Shown: one piece after another, positions 19,787 to 27,049 of the stretch | Numbering within the stretch: position 1 is the first letter of the stretch | Layout: each line of letters starts with the position of its first letter | Assembly (NCBI GenBank): GCA_030599585.1 | Contig: JAUVNS010000019.1 | Location: forward strand, 1-64,000 | Source of the DNA: Promethearchaeota archaeon | GTDB lineage: Archaea; Asgardarchaeota; Lokiarchaeia; Sigyniarchaeales; SOKP01 | Reading direction: 5' to 3' | Length of the DNA: 64,000 bases | Translations under genes and position numbers: made by a program | The notes under the pieces: generated by a model | Seen by the model: only the letters and a program-made list of their open reading frames with translations | Database searches by the model: none | What the model was told of the DNA's origin: nothing

Positions 19787-21466
19787 TTAATTCAGTAAAT
19801 TTGCGTCTTCTAATATTTTTTTGTGATCAAAGGCTAATTCAATGTCCTTAAGCTGGTTTTTAGGTATAAGTAGTACGTTTTTAGAATCATCACCGCTTCT
19901 CATTTTCGTGATATCTCCAATAATTGAACATTTATAAACTGTTGAATGTACACTGCCTCTGGGATCTCGTCCTTCTTCAGTATATAAGCCAATTTTATGT
20001 AGAATTTTCACATCTAAATTAGTTTCTTCTTTGACTTCTCTTACTAATGCCCTAATCGCACTCTCGCCCTTTTCTATAAACCCTCCGGGTAATGCGTAGT
20101 AATCTTGAAAAGGAGGATATTTTCTTTTTATCAAAATTACATTACCTGCGTTATCCTCAATTACTGCATCAACTGTCTTTCTGATATCAGCCTTCTTCAT
20201 TTGTATACGGTTGTTCAGATAATATCCTATTGTTGTTATTAGTATCCCGATTATAACGATTGCTATCGAACCATTTAGTATGGATGTAAATAAGTTTCCC
20301 TTTTGTAAATTTAGCGAAATCACAATCACGGCCGCTAAATCAGCTAAAATTCCTGCTCCGAAAAGTAAATTTAATAAGTTTAATCCACTTTCAGTTCTTT
20401 CTTGGTTCTCGTCATTCTTTACATGATACAAGTCTTGCATTACATCGTAAATTGAACTAAACTTTTGATTTATTCGTTCTACTATATTCACTATTTCAAA
20501 TTCAGCTAATAGATGTTTCAATACGCTCGAATAATGTTGTCTTCTATTATAATCTAGCTCGTTATATATTACGCTAAGGGTAGTTTGAATCATTCCCCTC
20601 AATAATCTTAAGTTCCTAATTTTTTGTTCTATTATTTTTACTCCTTGAAATGCTTGTGTTTGAGTTTTTAGGAACAATAAGTCCAACGATTCATTTATTG
20701 AGCGTAAAGCAAAAAATACAGCCCTAAGTTTTGGGGTAGGAAATATAACATATTCCTTCATGTAGGATTCAAAGAATTTTTCATAATTTTCCTCAGCCAT
20801 ATAAATAAAACCAGAGTTTCTTCTTAAGAAGTGTAATTCTGAAAGTCGATTGGATAAATTATTTTCAATTCTCTTGTTAAATAATGTTTCAGAATAATCT
20901 TCCCATTGACCTGAATAGATTTCAGTCCAATTAGCGATCACTTTTTTATATTTTTCGATATTATAGGGATTCCAAACGATGTCCTTTGGTTCGCTTTTGT
21001 TAGAAGTCACAAACACATAAATAGGGCTTTCAGTATCAAGCTGAATGCCTTCATTTTCAGACTTATAGTTATACTCTTTGAGGATATCTAGAACAAGAAT
21101 GGGAATTTGTTGTATTAAAAGGGGTTTTAACGATTTTTTCCTCGATGGATCTTCTTTGTAATGTTCTACTTCGAATTGGAAATATCCTAATGTATTAAAG
21201 CCTTTCTCAGAATTTTCATCCTTAAAAAGGAAATTAGATAAGCTCTTAACCCAATTGCATTTAATAGATACATGTTTTATTAGTTCAAGGATTTCATATT
21301 TAAGATCTTGTCGATAAATATCTTTTTCCTCTAAATTTTTAAACCTAAATTTTATTATATCCTCGATTTCCTTACTTTTTGCCTTTGTGTTAATATTAAC
21401 GCCGTCTATGAAAGCACTAACAAACCAAAACTCTTCTTTATAAATAAATTGTAGAGGTTCATTCAA
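19787..21466 (-). CDS. CorA/DUF155-like 2-TM protein fused to C-terminal Nudix domain, paralog B
   Basis: Colinear with paralog A (NTLGYF..EVE, QQIP, ESPIYVFV, W..IYSGQW.DYS, NLSNR..ELH...RNSGFIYM). Nudix box PGGFIEKGESAIRALVREVKEETNL, RDPRG, LAFDH. Confidence 0.82.
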   Translation of the reverse strand: MNEPLQFIYKEEFWFVSAFIDGVNINTKAKSKEIEDIIKFRFKNLEEKDIYRQDLKYEILELIKHVSIKCNWVKSLSNFLFKDENSEKGFNTLGYFQFEVEHYKEDPSRKKSLKPLLIQQIPILVLDILKEYNYKSENEGIQLDTESPIYVFVTSNKSEPKDIVWNPYNIEKYKKVIANWTEIYSGQWEDYSETLFNKRIENNLSNRLSELHFLRRNSGFIYMAEENYEKFFESYMKEYVIFPTPKLRAVFFALRSINESLDLLFLKTQTQAFQGVKIIEQKIRNLRLLRGMIQTTLSVIYNELDYNRRQHYSSVLKHLLAEFEIVNIVERINQKFSSIYDVMQDLYHVKNDENQERTESGLNLLNLLFGAGILADLAAVIVISLNLQKGNLFTSILNGSIAIVIIGILITTIGYYLNNRIQMKKADIRKTVDAVIEDNAGNVILIKRKYPPFQDYYALPGGFIEKGESAIRALVREVKEETNLDVKILHKIGLYTEEGRDPRGSVHSTVYKCSIIGDITKMRSGDDSKNVLLIPKNQLKDIELAFDHKKILEDANLLN

Positions 21467-21564
21467 TGTGGTTCCACTTTAAAAATATTATAAATTCAAT
21501 TAAATTATATTAAATATTAATTACTTTTGATTATTTAAGAACTTCACAATATATATTGAAGAAA

Positions 21565-22506
21565 ATGTCAGTCAAACAGATACAAGAAGAAATTTTAAAA
21601 CTTAAAAAGGAACAAGATGTTCTGATCCTTGCCCACTATTATCAACCAATAGAAATTCAAGAAATTGCAGATCATTTAGGAGGTTCTTTAGGTTTGTCTC
21701 GGCTTGCGAATAAAGCAGATACAGATTATATTATATTTGCTGGCGTAGATTTTATGGCAGAAACAGCTTCCATTTTAAATCAAAATAAAAAGGTTCTGAT
21801 ACCAAACCCCGAGTCATGTTGCCCCATGGCAGCTTATTTAACAGCGGATAAAGTAAAAGAGTTCAGACTAAACAATCCTAATTTACCGGTAGTAGTCTAC
21901 GTTAACACTACAGCAGCGGTTAAAGCTGAATCAGACATCTGCTGTACCTCTGCAAACGCAGTTGATATTGTAAAGCGAATCAGTTCAGAATTCAAAACAA
22001 AAACAGTTCTTTTTGGACCCGATGCAAATCTAGCTGATTATGTTGAGCAAAAATCAGGAATCAAATGCATCAAAATGCCCGAAGAAGGAAATTGCTATGT
22101 GCATTCTCAATTAACTATTGATGATATGGAAAAAATTAGAATTGCTTATCCCAATGGTGAAATATTAGTTCACCCGGAGTGTATTAGAGAAGTCAGAGAA
22201 TTAGCAGATTTTGTAGGTTCTACGGGTCAAATGTATAATCGAGTAAAAAATGATACTACGGTAGAAAAAGATTTTTGCATAGGAACAGAAAAGGGTTTAA
22301 TGGAAAGGATGGCACAAGACTTTCCTAAGAAGAATTTCCACCTTATTAGCGAGAAACTTCTATGTTATAATATGAAAAAGAACACGATAGAACTTATGAG
22401 ATATGTACTCGAACATTTAGACGATCCAATGTTTGAGGTAAAAGTACCTTCTGAAATTGCAGAAAGAGCACTAATACCAATTGAACGGATGTTGGAATTT
22501 TCATAA
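21565..22506 (+). CDS. nadA: Quinolinate synthase
   Basis: ILAHYYQ, GVDFMAETA, CPMA, YVNT, CCTSANA, GPDANL, CYVH, HPEC, GST, GTE, C.NMKK; three Fe-S Cys present. Likely start ATG 21565 (TTG 21556 is possible). Confidence 0.96.
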   Translation: MSVKQIQEEILKLKKEQDVLILAHYYQPIEIQEIADHLGGSLGLSRLANKADTDYIIFAGVDFMAETASILNQNKKVLIPNPESCCPMAAYLTADKVKEFRLNNPNLPVVVYVNTTAAVKAESDICCTSANAVDIVKRISSEFKTKTVLFGPDANLADYVEQKSGIKCIKMPEEGNCYVHSQLTIDDMEKIRIAYPNGEILVHPECIREVRELADFVGSTGQMYNRVKNDTTVEKDFCIGTEKGLMERMAQDFPKKNFHLISEKLLCYNMKKNTIELMRYVLEHLDDPMFEVKVPSEIAERALIPIERMLEFS

Positions 22507-22612
22507 ATTGTTATTAATGAAGTTATTAAGAAAGAAAAGAAGATTTTGATACTTCTAAGCTATTAATTCCAGAAGAAACAGAGTTTTCTGACTTGCTTAT
22601 TCTATTATTAAT

Positions 22613-24130
22613 TCACAAATAAGATGTAATTGATGTTTGTTTTTTATTGAATAACCACTTTTTAAAATCTTTTGTAGCCTTCCAATTCCTAATTGCTCTT
22701 TTACTTGTTGATCTCTCAAACCTTACAATATCTCTGTAGGAAACTTCTAATTTCAACATTGTAGGTTTAAATTTAAGTATCCATTCTACAAATTTCTTAT
22801 ATAATTGATTATTTGAGTTAGCAATTTCTCTATGGGTGCTTTCATAATATCTTACATCATCTTGTGAGTAATCTGAAAAATACCTATAGTTTTGCTCATC
22901 CCAAAAAAATCTAGATACTTCTTCAGAGAATTCTTTAATGGAGCAATTTGTAAGTTTCAAAATTGTTAAAGATTCCATTTCATTCATAAAATCAGGGATT
23001 TTAGTTATTTTAGCATTTCCAGATAAGTCTAATTGTTCTAATTTTGTTAATTCTTTAATTTCTTGTATCTCAGAAATATTGTTATTTCTAAATGATACTG
23101 ACCGTAATTCTTCTAGTTTTTCCAAAGGTTTTATGCTTCTGATCTTATTGTTGTTCATATTCAAAGTTCTTAAGTTTGTGAAATTTTCGATTCCATCCAA
23201 ATCTTTTATATTATTGTTACTAAGATCTAATTCTTGAATTGTTTTATAACGGTTCTCTAAATCCTCTATTTGATTTATGTCTTCAATGTTTTGATCACGC
23301 AGATTTAATATTTGCTCATGCATCAATCCAATAATTCTGTTATCATATTTTACAGTATCTAGAGCTATTTCTTCTAAATATTTTTGATTGTTGTTTAAAT
23401 AATTAATTAACGGAAAATTTTTTTCAGTTTTCAGGCAATTAAAAATACTTGTTATGAGTTTTTTCCTATGATTTTCTGAAAAATCCTTTAGAATGTAAGA
23501 AATTACAAAGGGAATATTGTGAATTCCCAAATTATTTTTTAAAGAACGGGTTGACCTTTGAATATATTTATCTAAATCGTTATCCTCTACTGAATCTAAT
23601 ATTCTTTTGAAGCTGGTTGATATTTCACCCAAAATTGGGAGTTTATTGTCATCTAGTAAGCACTCTAGCTCAACACTACTCAAGTATTTTAAATAACCAC
23701 TTTGACTTAAAAATCTAATAACAGTAGAATGACCACTCGAATATCTGAGTGCAATCTCTTCCTTAAATTTTTTTTTAGCAAGAGGATCTCCTACATCAGA
23801 AAGCCTTTTCAATAATGGAAATGCTAAATTTCTATGAAGAATTCGAGTATCATAGTCATTCTCTGCCCAAACTTGAATGTTGGAGCAATGTCCAATAAAT
23901 TCCTCTTCAGGAGTAATTAAATGTTGTGATCGTGAGCCCTCTAAAGATCTATCAAGAACTTCTGCCGCTTCATCGATAGAATCGATTAGATCATAATCTC
24001 TAATTCGATCAACAGGAATATTTAACAAGAGATACATACATTGGGTAAAGATCCTATTCTTAACATAAATATTTGTTCTATTATTCTGTAATTTTAGCTT
24101 AAGGAAGTCGTTGATTTTAAATTCTCTCAC
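22613..24130 (-). CDS. Leucine-rich repeat protein with Lokiarchaeia-type N-terminal domain and C-terminal PIP-box-like motif
   Basis: N-domain EFKIN.FL.LKL...T.IYV...QC.YLLLNIP...SIDEAAE...EEEF.GHCSN.Q.W.E..YDTRILHRNLAFPLLK.L...GD; LRRs L..LDLSNN.I, L..LNMNNN.I, L..LDLSGN; ends QTSITSYL. Likely start GTG 24130 (ORF track 24208). Confidence 0.85.
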   Translation of the reverse strand: MREFKINDFLKLKLQNNRTNIYVKNRIFTQCMYLLLNIPVDRIRDYDLIDSIDEAAEVLDRSLEGSRSQHLITPEEEFIGHCSNIQVWAENDYDTRILHRNLAFPLLKRLSDVGDPLAKKKFKEEIALRYSSGHSTVIRFLSQSGYLKYLSSVELECLLDDNKLPILGEISTSFKRILDSVEDNDLDKYIQRSTRSLKNNLGIHNIPFVISYILKDFSENHRKKLITSIFNCLKTEKNFPLINYLNNNQKYLEEIALDTVKYDNRIIGLMHEQILNLRDQNIEDINQIEDLENRYKTIQELDLSNNNIKDLDGIENFTNLRTLNMNNNKIRSIKPLEKLEELRSVSFRNNNISEIQEIKELTKLEQLDLSGNAKITKIPDFMNEMESLTILKLTNCSIKEFSEEVSRFFWDEQNYRYFSDYSQDDVRYYESTHREIANSNNQLYKKFVEWILKFKPTMLKLEVSYRDIVRFERSTSKRAIRNWKATKDFKKWLFNKKQTSITSYL

Positions 24131-24332
24131 ATTATTTCTTATAGTGGAATTGATCGAATAGATTGATAAAGCGATTAAACAACATATGATTATTTGAGAG
24201 AGTAACATGCGTCTAATGTAGGATTTTTGTGATATTGGAAATTACAAATAATAGATATTTCTCATCAATATTAAAAAAAATAGACCATGCAAATTTATCA
24301 TAAAAATTACACAAAACCCGAAGAAAACTTTC

Positions 24333-25697
24333 TTAAGGTTTGATAATTGGAGTTAAACAATTAGGACAAACATCCCAATTTAATTTAATTTGGTAATTAC
24401 AATTTGGATTAGGACATTCAATTTCTTTTTCTTCTTCAAGAGAGGCTATTCTGTATGCAACACTTAAATCACTTACTGCCTCAATATCGCTCGCTTCCTT
24501 AATCTTTAGTAATTCTTTATTCTCGAACTTTCTTCCACACCTAGCACAAATATTAGATAAATCATTTTTTAACACTGTTTTACCGCATTTAGGGCAAAAT
24601 CCCCGCAATAACTTTAAACTTTGAAATAATTCGGTTTCTTTGGATTCTGAGATGGAAACTAAATTTAAATCTTCGTATCGCTCAGAATCGTTTATAATAT
24701 TATAGAGAGTATTTTTTCCGCCCTCTGCTTTTAACAATTTTTTGGATTGCAAAGCAATATCCATCAGAGAAGCCTTTGGTATACCCATCCCTAGGGCATA
24801 TTTAATTATCATTTTCTCGACCAACATTTCAAATGGCTCCTTAATTCCGCTTATCTCTTGGTCTTCATCCATATCCCATATTAATTCCATTTCTAATAAT
24901 TTCTCAGTTATATCTTCAGCTAAATTATCTAAATCTAAGTCAGAGATCATCTTTTCTTTTGCTATGTTTAACTCAACTATCTCGTTTATCAAATTATCTT
25001 TAATTAATCGGATTGTAGTAACACCGAGTACATCTTCTCTGTGAAAAAAGAATTTATCCTCACCCCGACTAAACATATATAGTCCTAAATCGCCGGATAA
25101 AAGACGATCTACATAAAAATCGATTCTTAATTTTTTTACATTATAGTGTTTACAGAATTCTGTAATTTCAAATTTAAAATCTCTTGTTAGAACAGAATTA
25201 TTGTAGATGTAAAAGAGCGTAAGATATAAATCACGATTTTGCTCTATAAAAAAATAATTTTCGCCCATGTTGATAATGTTTCGAGTAATATCTGTTATTA
25301 TGGAATCCGCAACGCTTATATCTTTGTAAAAGGTTTTTAATTCAGAAAGATTCGAAATGAGATCGTTTATTTCACTATAATAAAATGAGTCATCATAACC
25401 GATATAATCCTCACCAAGCTTTTCAGTACCTAAATCTGTTATAAAATAACGCTGTTCTTGAATGTTCTTTGAGGGATTTCTATAGATTTTTTTTTCAATT
25501 TTATTTTTGGAGAGATGGAACTTTATATACTTAGATACTGTAGATCTACTCAAACCAGAATATTCTATAATATCTGTGAACCGCAAGGGTCCTAAATTCC
25601 TTAATAAATAAAGAATGCGTAAATCGTTTTGATCAATTTTTTTTATTTCTGATAAAACTTTTTCTTTTACTTTAGCAGTGACCATAAATTTAGACAT
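24333..25697 (-). CDS. Winged-helix DNA-binding protein with C-terminal zinc ribbons
   Basis: wHTH DLRILYLL...GPLRFTDIIEYSGLSRSTVSKYI...YFITDLG; CPKCG...CARCG and CPNPNC...CPNC. Likely start ATG 25697 or 25685. Confidence 0.8.
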   Translation of the reverse strand: MSKFMVTAKVKEKVLSEIKKIDQNDLRILYLLRNLGPLRFTDIIEYSGLSRSTVSKYIKFHLSKNKIEKKIYRNPSKNIQEQRYFITDLGTEKLGEDYIGYDDSFYYSEINDLISNLSELKTFYKDISVADSIITDITRNIINMGENYFFIEQNRDLYLTLFYIYNNSVLTRDFKFEITEFCKHYNVKKLRIDFYVDRLLSGDLGLYMFSRGEDKFFFHREDVLGVTTIRLIKDNLINEIVELNIAKEKMISDLDLDNLAEDITEKLLEMELIWDMDEDQEISGIKEPFEMLVEKMIIKYALGMGIPKASLMDIALQSKKLLKAEGGKNTLYNIINDSERYEDLNLVSISESKETELFQSLKLLRGFCPKCGKTVLKNDLSNICARCGRKFENKELLKIKEASDIEAVSDLSVAYRIASLEEEKEIECPNPNCNYQIKLNWDVCPNCLTPIIKP

Positions 25698-25944
25698 AAA
25701 TATAAAAAAGAAATTAAGAAATTTATACTTTTGGCTATACTTATACTTTAGTTTTAGATAGATTGACTCCAAAGGATTATGAATCTGGACCTTGTTTTAT
25801 CAAAAAATTCATTATTAACTAACTAAACTTCAATTTAATCAAAAATACCTCTGTTTTTAATACACTTAAAAATATTATAAGAATTATACAAAAATTTAAA
25901 TTTAATTAAAAATAAAACTAAAATTAAAAAGAGTGTGAAGGAGC

Positions 25945-26235
25945 ATGACCCAATATCGTTTTCGGTTGACAGGTGTTCCACCCGACCAAGCTATCAAACT
26001 TATAGAAGTAGATCCAAACCAATCTATTGCAGAAATTAAGAAAACAGTTCAGCGGGAATACAAACTTAACCCAATATTAGCTATCCAGTTTATCTTTAAA
26101 GGAAAAGTACTTCCTGACCAGTTAAAATTCGCTAAAATAGGAATTCATCCTAAAAAGGATGTAATTACCGTAATGGCGACCCAGGCGGGAGGAAATCGGC
26201 GCTACGCCGCGGTTAACCTATTTCCAATCATTTAA
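25945..26235 (+). CDS. Ubiquitin-like (beta-grasp) protein, di-Gly at residues 82-83 plus a 13-aa C-terminal extension
   Basis: IEVDPNQSIAEIKKTV...IQFIFKGKVLPD.LKFAKIGI....VITVMATQAGG follows the ubiquitin pattern (V..S.TI..VK...LIF.GK.L.D...L..Y.I...L...GG). GAAGGAG Shine-Dalgarno upstream. Confidence 0.88.
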   Translation: MTQYRFRLTGVPPDQAIKLIEVDPNQSIAEIKKTVQREYKLNPILAIQFIFKGKVLPDQLKFAKIGIHPKKDVITVMATQAGGNRRYAAVNLFPII

Positions 26236-27005
26236 TTAACCCATTTTTTTTTCAATTTAGCTCTTTTAACCATTTTTCTATAATTAAATTTATCTTGTTC
26301 AAAATCGTAACCATGGTATTCCAACACAATTTCAACATCAAACTCATCATAATCATAACCGAATTCTTCGATAAAAGCAACACCATTATGAACGCACATC
26401 AAAGCATTCCCTAGATCATGCGAATAAATACCACAAAAATCAGATACGGGCACTTTCCTAAGCGCGAACATTTGCGCTTCGATTAAGCCCGTAAGTCCGT
26501 CCTTATCGAGATCAAATGGGCTGAAATTAAATTCTTCACGCGTTCTTTTTGGAAACATCTCATATTTTTTAGACCTCCAACCGCCCAATGAGGTTCCTGA
26601 TGCTCCGTAATAAAAGACAGCGGGGAAAAATAAGCTGTCGGGCGTCATTACAAACAATAACGTGTGGAACAATTGCTCATCTCCTCCAAACTCTAAATCG
26701 GGAAGGAGAGTTTTGAGAGACCCTGCAAGGAGCAGGTCGTGTTTAATATCATTCATAAGTCCACCAATATTTGAAAGTTTATCGCATTTTATCTCGTCAA
26801 GAGCCATGAAACCCTCAAAATCACCAAAGTGAGCTCCAGCTCCGCAAACTTTTCCACTCCATTTCCTAAACAAGGGATCAATGGATATATCGCGAAAATT
26901 GAAGTAGACAAAGCCGTATCCGTTAGATCCTACCTGTGCGTTTTTAACATTACACTGGTCTAACGCTCCATTTGATGTTAGACTTTTTATCTTCTTAATA
27001 TCCAT
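26232..27005 (-). CDS. Hypothetical protein; candidate immunity protein for the giant toxin
   Basis: 257-aa ORF starting 44 bp after the giant ORF's stop, same strand, rich in D/E and aromatics. The function is inferred from position only. Confidence 0.7.
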   Translation of the reverse strand: MDIKKIKSLTSNGALDQCNVKNAQVGSNGYGFVYFNFRDISIDPLFRKWSGKVCGAGAHFGDFEGFMALDEIKCDKLSNIGGLMNDIKHDLLLAGSLKTLLPDLEFGGDEQLFHTLLFVMTPDSLFFPAVFYYGASGTSLGGWRSKKYEMFPKRTREEFNFSPFDLDKDGLTGLIEAQMFALRKVPVSDFCGIYSHDLGNALMCVHNGVAFIEEFGYDYDEFDVEIVLEYHGYDFEQDKFNYRKMVKRAKLKKKWVN

Positions 27006-27028
27006 CGTTATAATAATAAAAAGAAAAA

Positions 27029-27036
27029 TATTTAAA
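27029..27036 (-). promoter_or_regulatory. TATA box (TTTAAATA) for a leaderless transcript of 26232..27005
   Basis: Minus strand reads AAGCATAAC-TTTAAATA, 24-31 nt upstream of ATG 27005, the canonical archaeal spacing. Confidence 0.55.
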
Positions 27037-27049
27037 GTTATGCTTAAGT

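Noticed and set aside
17901-21466. Calling the two membrane proteins canonical CorA Mg2+ transporters, or NrtR regulators
   Set aside because: No GMN motif after TM1 and no C-terminal wHTH after the Nudix domain; only fold-level resemblance is claimed.
26197-26209. GC hairpin as a diversity-generating-retroelement cis element
   Set aside because: No reverse transcriptase and no template/variable repeat pair differing at adenines is visible in the window.
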